Assembly (NCBI GenBank): GCA_964458855.1
Contig: CAYWJS010000001.1
Coordinates: forward strand, 170,927 to 234,926
DNA length: 64,000 nt
Direction: 5' to 3'
From: an uncultured Erysipelotrichia bacterium
GTDB lineage: Bacteria > Bacillota_I > Bacilli_A > CAYWJS01
Shown piece by piece: positions 51,684 through 60,616 of the stretch. A program made the translations under genes and the position numbers. The notes under the pieces are model-generated. The model made no database searches and was not told the DNA's origin. It saw only the letters and a list, made by a program, of their open reading frames with translations. Position 1 is the first letter of the stretch; every line of letters starts with the position of its first letter.

Positions 51684-53324
51684 ATGGTTATGTCAAAATT
51701 GAAAAACAGGCGACTAAGTCAAATTAGAAATTTAATTGCAATGAGTGCTTTAAGTGCTTTAGTTTTAATTGTTTCAGCTTATGCATGGTTTATTGGTATG
51801 CAATCTGTTCATGTAACAAACTTTGAAATTGAAATTGCAGTTGCAGAAGAATTATTTCTTTCATTAGATGGTGAAAATTGGACAACGAATTTAAGTATTA
51901 GTAGAGAAGATGTTGAAGGAACAGAACAAGGGAAACCTTACCCAAATCATACAAATAGTTGGGGAGGTGCTGGTCTTATCCCAATGTCATCAGTTGGGGA
52001 AATAGATTTACAAGCATCGCGATTAAAGTTGTATGAAAAGGCAAGTTTTACAGCAAGTCCAGGTGGTTGGAGAATACTAACAAGTCGTGTTCAAAATTAT
52101 TATGATGAAGAAGAAGTTTTAGCCTCAGAACAAGATGGATATGTTGCATTTGATCTATTTATTAAAAACATGTCAGGTAGTGAATACTATACAGAAAGCG
52201 ATGTAAGAAATGAAGAGGCAATTTATTTAACAATTGATTCAGAAGTAACAGTTGCTTCAGCTGGAGTTGCTGGAGCAGGTATTGAAAATTCAGTGAGAGT
52301 AGCATTTGCGCAAATTGGACGTGTTAAAGCTGATTCAACTGATTATGCAACAATTCAAGGTATAACTTGCAATCTTGATGAAGAAGGAAACCCTTCTTAT
52401 TCAGAAAGTAATAAAGTAACAGGAATTTGCCGTAAGGCTGTAATTTGGGAACCAAACGATACTAGTCATACAGCGGAAGCGATAAGTTGGTATAATTTAA
52501 CATGTCGCCCAAGAATAGGCTTTGATGTAACTCTTGATACCTCTTTTAATAAAGAAGGAAAATGTAATCCAGTAGTTGATGGCTTAGCGTATCCAACATA
52601 TGTTGTAAGAGATGTAATTAATGTAGAAGATAATGCTGATGCTTATGATGGGGAAGCTTATAATACTTGGGATGTTGCTAAAACAACTGTACAAGTACCA
52701 GATCCAGAAAACCCTGGAGAGACTATAACTAAAAATATAACACCAAAATTAGAAGAGACTAAATATTTCACGGATACAGATAAGTTAAAACGCGGAACTG
52801 AGCGTCCAGCATTTATGACGCTTGCACCAAATAGTATTACAAAGGTGAGAGTATATATTTGGATTGAAGGTCAAGATATTGATAACTATGACTTTGCATC
52901 AATTGGAAAAAGAATTTCTGTTAAATTTGGATTTACAAAACAACAACTTACTGAAGGAGACATTGGTTATGAAGGACCAAATCCAAATGAAGGATATGGA
53001 CCAGGTGCAGAAGATAAGACTCCACCAATTATTGTTTTAAATCCTGGCTCAGAAGGTAATGATGATATGATGATTCCACTTGGTAGTGAATTTAATGATC
53101 CTGGTGTAAAAGAAGCATATGATGTTACAGGTCATGATGCGGAAGGAAATCCTATTAAACTAAACTATAATGTAGAAGGCGATGACAGCGACGTTAAAAT
53201 ATCAGGAGTTGTAAATACTAACTATCCAGGAACATACCGAATTACTTATGAAGTAAGGGATGCAAAAGGAAACTTAGCTAGAATCATGAGAAGAGTAACA
53301 GTATATGACCCAAATCAAGAGTAA
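51684..53324 (+). CDS. L3: secreted paralog (..VSAYA|WF), core plus DUF5011
   Basis: AAGGAGAG RBS. Strong similarity to L1 and L4 at both ends, with a variable Cys-bounded middle region. Confidence 0.85.
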   Translation: MVMSKLKNRRLSQIRNLIAMSALSALVLIVSAYAWFIGMQSVHVTNFEIEIAVAEELFLSLDGENWTTNLSISREDVEGTEQGKPYPNHTNSWGGAGLIPMSSVGEIDLQASRLKLYEKASFTASPGGWRILTSRVQNYYDEEEVLASEQDGYVAFDLFIKNMSGSEYYTESDVRNEEAIYLTIDSEVTVASAGVAGAGIENSVRVAFAQIGRVKADSTDYATIQGITCNLDEEGNPSYSESNKVTGICRKAVIWEPNDTSHTAEAISWYNLTCRPRIGFDVTLDTSFNKEGKCNPVVDGLAYPTYVVRDVINVEDNADAYDGEAYNTWDVAKTTVQVPDPENPGETITKNITPKLEETKYFTDTDKLKRGTERPAFMTLAPNSITKVRVYIWIEGQDIDNYDFASIGKRISVKFGFTKQQLTEGDIGYEGPNPNEGYGPGAEDKTPPIIVLNPGSEGNDDMMIPLGSEFNDPGVKEAYDVTGHDAEGNPIKLNYNVEGDDSDVKISGVVNTNYPGTYRITYEVRDAKGNLARIMRRVTVYDPNQE

Positions 53325-53334
53325 TAAATTTTAA

Positions 53335-53368
53335 AAGGAGCAATTAGTTGATTGCTCCTTTTTTATTT
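53335..53368 (+). terminator. Terminator after L3
   Basis: AAGGAGCAAT-tagttg-ATTGCTCCTT followed by ttttatttt. Confidence 0.8.
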
Positions 53369-53406
53369 TATAAAAATCAACAATATTAGATTAAACAATA
53401 AAATTT

Positions 53407-53451
53407 TATTGACCATTTTGTCGATTCGTGCTAATATATAGGTGTATAATT
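53407..53451 (+). repeat. 45-nt promoter cassette, copy 2
   Basis: Identical to 50912..50956 except for one base (g at 53441 vs a at 50946). Confidence 0.85.
53409..53437 (+). promoter_or_regulatory. L4 promoter (extended -10)
   Basis: TTGACC, 17-nt spacer ending in TGc, then TAATAT. Confidence 0.6.
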
Positions 53452-53515
53452 GTTATGCTATTTATACATTTAAAATTAGTTAAAATTGTAAGAAGGGTAA
53501 TAAAGGAGAGTGCAT

Positions 53516-55063
53516 ATGCAAGGTAGAAAAAAAAGACTAGATAGTCGAGTTAGAAATTTAATTGGGATTTGTGCTTTAAGTGTTATTGTTTTAATTGTTT
53601 CATCTTATGCGTGGTTTATTGGTATGCAATCTGTTCATGTATCAAGTTTTGAAATTGAAATTGCTGCCACAAAAGCACTAGAATTGTCCTTAGATGGGAA
53701 AACATGGTCAAATACTGTAACGATTAATGAAGCAAAATTACCAGAGATTGATGCTCAGTATCCAGATAATACCAATAGTTGGGGTGGATCTGGATTAAAA
53801 CCAATCTCAACAGTTGGAAAGATAGATTTGGATGCTTCTCGTCTAATATTATATGAAAAAGCAAGTTTTTCACCAGTACCTGGTGGATTTAAAATTCTAG
53901 CGAGTCGAGTTAATAATCATTATAATGAAGAAGAAACAACTTTATCTCCAGAACAAAATGGTTATGTAGTGTTTGATTTATTTATTAAGAATCATTCAGG
54001 AAATGAATATTACAAAGAAGTAGATTATAGAAATGAAGAAGATATTTATTTAACAATTGATTCAACTGTAGAAGTAGCAACTGCAGGAGGAATTGCTGAT
54101 ACAGGTATTGAAAACTCAATAAGAGTAGCGTTTGCGCAAATTGGACGTGTTATTGGGACAACAAAAGCAGAGGATGCTGCTGACATAATTCAAGGAATTA
54201 CTTGCGCAAATACTAATGAAGTTTCAGGAATTTGCCATACTCGTGATGCTGTAATTTGGGAACCAAATGATAAGGCACATAATAGAAACGCAGTTAATTT
54301 TTATGAAACGACTTGTTTGTTAAGAGATAATCAAGGTACAGAACCAAATGATGTTTCTTCACCAGATTCTTATACTACATCTTGCCCAGAATTAGTATAC
54401 GAAGCAGAAGATCCAGATAATATACCTTATTACCCAACATATTCAATTGCTGATGTAATTGGTGCAGAAGATAATGTTAATGCTTATGATGGGGAAGAGT
54501 ATAATGGATATACAAAATCTGTTATTAGTGAAAGTAATCCAAATGGAAAATTGATGAAATTTGATTACTTTACTGACACAGAAAAAAATTATACAGGAAC
54601 TGATCGCCCATCATTTATGAGACTAGCACCAAATAGTATTACTAAAGTTAGAATTTATGTTTATATAGAAGGCCAAGATATTGATTGCTATAGTTGGTCA
54701 CAAATTGGAAAGAGAATTTCTGTTCGCTTTGGGTTCACAAAAGAAAGACTTACTGAAGAAGATATTGAATATGAAGGACCAAATACAGATGAACATGATA
54801 ATACACCACCAGTTATTACTTTAAATGGTTCTAACCTAATTGAGCTTCCATTAGGAACGCCATATGTTGAATACGGAGCAACTGCACAAGATGATTATAC
54901 TCAATATATAGATCCAAATGATATTGAAATAGAATACCCAGACGGTTTTGATCCAGAAAATCTATCTGTTGGTGAATATGAAATAACTTATAAAGCTAGA
55001 GATAGAAAAGGAAATGTAGGCGAAGCAACAAGAATTGTTAGGGTATATGACCCAGAGGAATAA
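53516..55063 (+). CDS. L4: secreted paralog (..VSSYA|WF), core plus DUF5011
   Basis: ATG 53516 lies 7 nt after AAGGAG (track start GTG 53510). The C-terminus PPVITLNGSNLIELPLGTPYVEYGATAQDDYT....GEYEITYKARDRKGNV is DUF5011-like. Confidence 0.85.
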   Translation: MQGRKKRLDSRVRNLIGICALSVIVLIVSSYAWFIGMQSVHVSSFEIEIAATKALELSLDGKTWSNTVTINEAKLPEIDAQYPDNTNSWGGSGLKPISTVGKIDLDASRLILYEKASFSPVPGGFKILASRVNNHYNEEETTLSPEQNGYVVFDLFIKNHSGNEYYKEVDYRNEEDIYLTIDSTVEVATAGGIADTGIENSIRVAFAQIGRVIGTTKAEDAADIIQGITCANTNEVSGICHTRDAVIWEPNDKAHNRNAVNFYETTCLLRDNQGTEPNDVSSPDSYTTSCPELVYEAEDPDNIPYYPTYSIADVIGAEDNVNAYDGEEYNGYTKSVISESNPNGKLMKFDYFTDTEKNYTGTDRPSFMRLAPNSITKVRIYVYIEGQDIDCYSWSQIGKRISVRFGFTKERLTEEDIEYEGPNTDEHDNTPPVITLNGSNLIELPLGTPYVEYGATAQDDYTQYIDPNDIEIEYPDGFDPENLSVGEYEITYKARDRKGNVGEATRIVRVYDPEE

Positions 55064-55130
55064 GAATAAAATAAGAAGTTTAAATAATACTGACTAGAGG
55101 TTATGTTAGTTATTATTTAAGTTTAATATA

Positions 55131-55164
55131 AAGAGTAATCAACAGTTGGTTACTCTTTATTTTT
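55131..55164 (+). terminator. Terminator/attenuator hairpin between L4 and L5
   Basis: AAGAGTAATC-aacagtt-GGTTACTCTT followed by tatttt. It resembles the L1 terminator and ends only about 6 nt before the L5 RBS. Confidence 0.6.
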
Positions 55165-55179
55165 AAAAGAGGTGACTTG

Positions 55180-56283
55180 ATGCCTAAAAAAAATAAAATA
55201 AAAATAAATAAAACTATTAAAGATAAAAAAGCAATAAAGAAAAAAAATAAAAAAGGAAAGAGACTTGCTTTAATGTTAATAGTTACCTTTTTTGTCGGAA
55301 TATTATTAATAATTTCTACATATGCATGGTTTTCGGTATCGCTAAATGTTAAAGTTAAGAGGTTTGATGTTGTTGTATCTAGTGATAGTGGTTTGTTTAT
55401 TTCATTAGATGGTATTAATTTTTCTGATTCAATAGAATTATCAGTAAATAGTGTTATAACAAATTTAAAAAATAGATACCCAACTCATACAAATCAGTGG
55501 GCTTTAGCAGGGCTTTGGCCTGTATCTTCTAATGGAATAAACCATAGTAACCAAGATAAATTTCAAGTTTTTGCTGCATCCTTCGCTCGTAAATCAGCAC
55601 ACACAAAAGAAAGATATATGTTTACAAGACTTCTTAGTGAAAATCAATCTGGTGCAGCAAGCCCTTTTATAGCATTTGACATATTCTTAAAAAATGTTAC
55701 TGGCTCACCATTTAGTGATAATTTATATTTAGATGAAGGAACTTCCGTTACTTTTTCAGATGATACAGAACCTGAGATTATCGAAACTATGGAAGATGTA
55801 TTAAATTCAATTAGATTTGGCTTTTTAAAAATTGGTAGTGTTCCTTTAAATTCAGATATTAAAACAATTCAGGGAATAAAGTGTAATAATCAATGTGAAT
55901 TTGTTATTTATGAACCAAATAGTGCAAAACACTCAAATGAAACAATTGAACGGATAAAAGAGCGATATGATTATGATTTAGTAGATGGTGAGTATTTACC
56001 AACTTACGGTGTTATAAAAGCTGGTTCGAGATTAGAATTTTCAAGGATTATTCCAACAGAAGATGGTTATAAAATTGATTATGATCCTGAGTATTTTGCT
56101 CTTCAAAGAACAATTACAAGCTTTGAAAATAGTATTTTTAAAATTCCTAATGCAATTACAAAAATGAGAATATATGTTTGGATTGAAGGACAAGATTTTG
56201 ACAGTTTGGAAACTAATTCAGATGGTGCATCTGTAAATTTAGTAATTAATTTTGTAAAAGATTTAGCTAGTTATGAACAATAG
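55180..56283 (+). CDS. L5: shorter secreted paralog (..ISTYA|WF), core only, no DUF5011
   Basis: Shares YAWF, LFISLDGINF, FIAFDIFLKNVTGS, SIRFGFLKIG, GIKCNNQCEFVIYEPN and ITKMRIYVWIEGQDFDS with L1, L3 and L4. Confidence 0.8.
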   Translation: MPKKNKIKINKTIKDKKAIKKKNKKGKRLALMLIVTFFVGILLIISTYAWFSVSLNVKVKRFDVVVSSDSGLFISLDGINFSDSIELSVNSVITNLKNRYPTHTNQWALAGLWPVSSNGINHSNQDKFQVFAASFARKSAHTKERYMFTRLLSENQSGAASPFIAFDIFLKNVTGSPFSDNLYLDEGTSVTFSDDTEPEIIETMEDVLNSIRFGFLKIGSVPLNSDIKTIQGIKCNNQCEFVIYEPNSAKHSNETIERIKERYDYDLVDGEYLPTYGVIKAGSRLEFSRIIPTEDGYKIDYDPEYFALQRTITSFENSIFKIPNAITKMRIYVWIEGQDFDSLETNSDGASVNLVINFVKDLASYEQ

Positions 56284-56294
56284 AAGGTGGTAGA

Positions 56295-56447
56295 ATGAAA
56301 AAAGAAGAAAGTAAAATAACTTTTGATTTGGCAAAACTTAGTCTTAATGAACTTATTAAAGTTTATGAAGATATTAATAGTTTTTTACAATATTTAAATG
56401 AAGTAAAAATTCTTCCAAAAGAAGAGGAGGAAAAGAAAAATGAGTAA
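56295..56447 (+). CDS. L6: 50-aa cytoplasmic protein (not in the ORF track)
   Basis: ATG lies 5 nt after AAGGTGG. It translates to MKKEESKITFDLAKLSLNELIKVYEDINSFLQYLNEVKILPKEEEEKKNE. Its stop overlaps the L7 start. Confidence 0.4.
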   Translation: MKKEESKITFDLAKLSLNELIKVYEDINSFLQYLNEVKILPKEEEEKKNE

Positions 56448-58062
56448 GTTTATTGATTTTATCAATGAAGATATAAAAGCAAAAAGAATTCTTTTTTCCA
56501 CTCTTCCAACAAAAACAAAGCGTGATATTAAAAATTTTAATGAAAAAAATGAGGAAACAAAAGAAAAGTACCTTGAATATAAAAGTAAACTAGTTAAATA
56601 TATTATTGCAAAAGCAAAAACTTTTGAGATTAAAGCACCTTCTAAAAATTTAGAAAAAATTCAAAATAAAATTAACACTTTAGAACACCTAAAATTTATT
56701 TTGAATCCCCTTAATACTTATTATGAAAAACTTGGTTTTGATAAATTGATTTATGAAATGAGTAATTATTATGAAGCTGATTTTAAATCAGTAAATAAAG
56801 TTATTGATGAATTTTTAAGTAAGTTTGAATTAGCAGGAATAAAACTTACTGCAAATGACTTTGATTATACTTGTTATGTTAAAGAATATATGACAATATT
56901 TTTAGAGGTTAGAGCAAACAACTTTGTTGATACAAAAAAACTTTCTGAAGTATTTGAAAATATTTATTGGACTAATCCAGAAATTATTCAACATATTGAA
57001 TTGAATTTTCGAAAATTGATTAGGGACAACAAAAAGAAATTAATAAATTATATAAAAAGAGTAAAAAAAGAAGTTATGCTTGAAAATAATATAAAAGATT
57101 ATAAGGATTGTTTAGAAAAATTAAAAAAAGCTTATGAGGAATTTAATGAAGTTAATCGCGAAGGTATTGCTGATATAATTGAATTTGCTAAAATTGGAAT
57201 TATTGATATTAATCATTATTTTAAAGATAGTAAAGTTCGAAATTCAACTTACAGTAGTTTAGCAATTGATTCTTTAAATTTAAGTGATTCAAAAACGATG
57301 ACAAGATTTTATGAAAATCTTAAAAAGTTAAAGCATAATGTTCAAGAATATAGTAATTATTTAAAATTTTTACCACTATTTACAGATTTTAAAAAGGAAT
57401 ATGAAAAGCAAATTCCAAGTGATAACAAAGTAGATAATAAAAAGTTAAAAGATTTAGAAGCAGAAATTATAAGAAAAGAAACAAAATTAAAAAGGATTAA
57501 CAAGAAAATATTTAAGGGTGATAATGTATTTTGGGATAAACAAAGTGCAAAAAAGATTAAAAAATTAAAAATTGAATCAGTAAAGCAAGCAAAAGAATTA
57601 TATGATTTGTACAAACAACATGATGAAGAATTTTTCCATACAAGAGTACTTTCAATTTTAGTTCCTTCCCTTACAATATCTGAATTATTGCATTTATACT
57701 ATAGTTTTGATTTCTTTAAGAAGAAAGCTATAAAGAAAGCTTTTGACTTAGTAGAAAATGAAGAAATTGAAAGATATAGTAATGAATTTGATCTATTTGC
57801 AAGAAATCCTTTAAATATAGTTACAAAAGATGTTTTAGTTTTTGAAGAGGCTAATATTGCGAGAGTAATTATGAATAAGTATCGCTTGTATAATATCAAT
57901 TTAACAGAAGAAGATTTAGAAGCTGAAAATTTAAAAGGATTATTAGATCGTATAGATCTATTGCTAAGAATTAATGAAATAGAAAAAAATCCGAGAACAG
58001 TCGAAGAAATTTGGTTTATGGTACAAGCTGAAAAAATTAAAGCATTAGAAAACTTAAAATAA
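56440..58062 (+). CDS. L7: 540-aa K/E-rich all-helical cytoplasmic protein, unknown function
   Basis: GAGGAGG RBS. No TM or signal sequence. No family recognised. Confidence 0.7.
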   Translation: MSKFIDFINEDIKAKRILFSTLPTKTKRDIKNFNEKNEETKEKYLEYKSKLVKYIIAKAKTFEIKAPSKNLEKIQNKINTLEHLKFILNPLNTYYEKLGFDKLIYEMSNYYEADFKSVNKVIDEFLSKFELAGIKLTANDFDYTCYVKEYMTIFLEVRANNFVDTKKLSEVFENIYWTNPEIIQHIELNFRKLIRDNKKKLINYIKRVKKEVMLENNIKDYKDCLEKLKKAYEEFNEVNREGIADIIEFAKIGIIDINHYFKDSKVRNSTYSSLAIDSLNLSDSKTMTRFYENLKKLKHNVQEYSNYLKFLPLFTDFKKEYEKQIPSDNKVDNKKLKDLEAEIIRKETKLKRINKKIFKGDNVFWDKQSAKKIKKLKIESVKQAKELYDLYKQHDEEFFHTRVLSILVPSLTISELLHLYYSFDFFKKKAIKKAFDLVENEEIERYSNEFDLFARNPLNIVTKDVLVFEEANIARVIMNKYRLYNINLTEEDLEAENLKGLLDRIDLLLRINEIEKNPRTVEEIWFMVQAEKIKALENLK

Positions 58063-58087
58063 AACTTCTCTTTTGAGAAGTTTTTTG
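58061..58087 (+). terminator. Terminator after L7
   Basis: AAAACTTCTC-tttt-GAGAAGTTTT followed by ttg. Confidence 0.75.
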
Positions 58088-58090
58088 TTT

Positions 58091-58120
58091 TTGTAGTTTT
58101 AATAGTAATTATGTTATAAT
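58091..58120 (+). promoter_or_regulatory. Putative L8-L11 promoter
   Basis: TTGTAG, 18-nt spacer ending in TGt, then TATAAT. Confidence 0.35.
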
Positions 58121-58155
58121 AAAATTATGAAATTTCAGGGCAAAGAGGGATAATT

Positions 58156-60033
58156 ATGTTAAAAAACAATAAATTATCACTATTAAAAATTATTAGTTTA
58201 ATTATAATATTAGGCTTTATTTTAGTAGTGCCCTTAGTTTCAAAAGAATATAGTAATTTAAAAGAGACAGGATTTAAAAATGATACTTTAAAAGTATTAA
58301 ATTTAACAAATTCAATAGTTACTATTAGTATTGATGATAAAACTTATACAACTTTTAAAGAAGAATTGGATTATGTATATATTGATCGTCCAAGAGAAAT
58401 TAGTATTCAAACAAGTGACGAAATTATAATTAAATATTATGTATCAAAAGAAGTTTTAACAATTGAAGAGTTAGATTTATTAGATGAAGAAGAGTGGGTG
58501 CCGTATGTATCTGAGTTTCTAATTGATGAAATAGGAACTTACATTTTTTATGTTAAAGCAATAAATAGTGAAGAAGAGGTAAGTTATTATAACACGGATT
58601 ATATTGTTTATGATGGATATATAAATCAAAGTTTAAAAATTGGAAGAGGTTCTAATTACGAAGGTTTTTTACCATATATTACTGGTAAGTCTACAGTAAC
58701 TTTAAACTTTAAGTATTTAAGTACTAATGCTGAGATAAGCGGAAATCATAATCTTATGAGCAATATTTTATTTCCGAAAGGAACAAAAATAACATTAATT
58801 GATAATGTTAAACAAAAAGTTTATACATATGAAATAACTACTGATGAAGATGTTTACAATTACCATGAAAGTTGTGCTTCGAGTGATTTAGGGTGCGAAA
58901 AAATTGCAACTTATTCATTTTCATTATTTAACGAAGTGGGTGCAATAGATAAGTCATTTGTGGAAAGTTCATATTTTGAAAATGGTGAAGTTTATGAAAA
59001 TTTTACTATTGTTTTAGATTTTGCGAAAACAAATATAACAAGTAATTTTTTAGATGTTAAGGTCTTTTTAGAATTAAAAGATTTATCCGGAAATAGTGTT
59101 CGTCCAACTTTATATGAGACAATTAATAAATTTCAAATATATGCGCGCGTTAATGATAAAGATACTGGTGCAAATTTAGACTTAACTACTGATTATTCAG
59201 GTACACCAATTAAATATAATACAGATTCAACAACTGAAATTACTTTAACTAGCAAAATAAATTATAAATTTTTGGGTGAAATTCCAATAATTGATACAAC
59301 ATATGAAAATAAAAATATTGGTTTTGCAATTAAATTGGTAGATGATAGTGGAAAGATTGTAAATAGAAATAATTTAAAAAATATTTCGTTTTTAGTAGAT
59401 GGCAAAGCTTATTATCCAGAAGAAGATCATATTGTAAGAATTAATTTGGAAAAAGGAATTGCTGATATAAGTAAAAAACTTACAATTATTACACACAAAA
59501 CTCAAAGTTATTTAGAACCTGGAACCTATTATTTAAAAATTAATGCTTATGTATCTAAAGGAAAATATTTTTCTAGTTTAAGCAGTAGTGAAATTAGTAT
59601 TCCTGTTAATGTTGTTCAAGATAAAACAAAAATACCATATGCTTTTAATGTTGTTATTAATAATGAGGATTATGTAATTGCGAAAAGCGAAGAAGAAAGA
59701 GAAATAATGTTTAATATTTTACAAACTAGTTCTTTTGAAAACCCTAATATTCGTATTGCTTTATATGAAAGGCAAGAAAAAGAAGAAGGACCAAGTTATG
59801 AAATTGTTGATTTAAATAATTTTATAACTGATGAACTAGAAGAAGCAGAAGAAAATGTTTATTATGCAGTGGAAAAAGCAGTTAATTATATAAGTCCGGA
59901 TTATTTATATAATGAATTTAAGCTTAATTTAATACCTGCAAACTTTAATTATACTAGTTATAAATATGTATTTATGTTGTATGATGGTGAAGAAAAAATC
60001 GCTACAATTGAAAAATATTTTCTAGTTAAGTAG
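58156..60033 (+). CDS. L8: 625-aa N-terminally anchored, beta-rich extracellular protein
   Basis: AGAGGG RBS. Signal anchor LLKIISLIIILGFILVVPLV, with the remainder predicted outside the cell. No family recognised. Confidence 0.75.
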   Translation: MLKNNKLSLLKIISLIIILGFILVVPLVSKEYSNLKETGFKNDTLKVLNLTNSIVTISIDDKTYTTFKEELDYVYIDRPREISIQTSDEIIIKYYVSKEVLTIEELDLLDEEEWVPYVSEFLIDEIGTYIFYVKAINSEEEVSYYNTDYIVYDGYINQSLKIGRGSNYEGFLPYITGKSTVTLNFKYLSTNAEISGNHNLMSNILFPKGTKITLIDNVKQKVYTYEITTDEDVYNYHESCASSDLGCEKIATYSFSLFNEVGAIDKSFVESSYFENGEVYENFTIVLDFAKTNITSNFLDVKVFLELKDLSGNSVRPTLYETINKFQIYARVNDKDTGANLDLTTDYSGTPIKYNTDSTTEITLTSKINYKFLGEIPIIDTTYENKNIGFAIKLVDDSGKIVNRNNLKNISFLVDGKAYYPEEDHIVRINLEKGIADISKKLTIITHKTQSYLEPGTYYLKINAYVSKGKYFSSLSSSEISIPVNVVQDKTKIPYAFNVVINNEDYVIAKSEEEREIMFNILQTSSFENPNIRIALYERQEKEEGPSYEIVDLNNFITDELEEAEENVYYAVEKAVNYISPDYLYNEFKLNLIPANFNYTSYKYVFMLYDGEEKIATIEKYFLVK

Positions 60034-60041
60034 GTGTTAAA

Positions 60042-60602
60042 ATGATAAATAAAATAAATAAAAAAGTTTTAATTATTGCTGGTTTAGTAATTATACTTGG
60101 ACTTTTTTCTGGCGTAACATATTCAATTTTTCATTCACGAGTAAAGATGAAATCTCATGATCAAAAAATTGCAAAATTTATATTTAATGTAGAGCATTTA
60201 GATGATTTAGAAATTCCTTTAGTGGATATCATACCAGGTGAGGAACAAGAATATTTGTTTTCAGTTACTAATAATTCAGAGGAAAAAATTAGTGATGTTA
60301 CACTAGAGTATCAAATAACAATAAAAACATATCATTTTCTTCCTTTAATAATTGAACTTTTTAAGATAATTGAAGAAGAAACAGAAGAATTAATCTTAAC
60401 ATGTGATGATAGTTTTGAACGTTCTACACAAAATGAATTAGTATGTGAAGTTCCTCTTCAAGAAATGGTTCATTCAGAGGAAGTGGTTGATAATTATAAA
60501 TTGAGAATAGAGTTTCCAGAAGATAAAAATGAAGAAGTTTACGCTAGTTTAGTTGATTTTATTAATTTAGAAATAAGAAGCTGGCAAAAAATTAGTAAAT
60601 AA
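60042..60602 (+). CDS. L9: small secreted protein with SipW-type site (..GVTYS|IF), TasA/camelysin-like strand motif
   Basis: AGGTG RBS. IIPGEEQEYLFSVTNNSEEKISDVTLEYQITI resembles the PGD...F.V.N.G strand of the TasA family. Confidence 0.7.
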   Translation: MINKINKKVLIIAGLVIILGLFSGVTYSIFHSRVKMKSHDQKIAKFIFNVEHLDDLEIPLVDIIPGEEQEYLFSVTNNSEEKISDVTLEYQITIKTYHFLPLIIELFKIIEEETEELILTCDDSFERSTQNELVCEVPLQEMVHSEEVVDNYKLRIEFPEDKNEEVYASLVDFINLEIRSWQKISK

Positions 60603-60616
60603 CAGAGGTGTTATAA

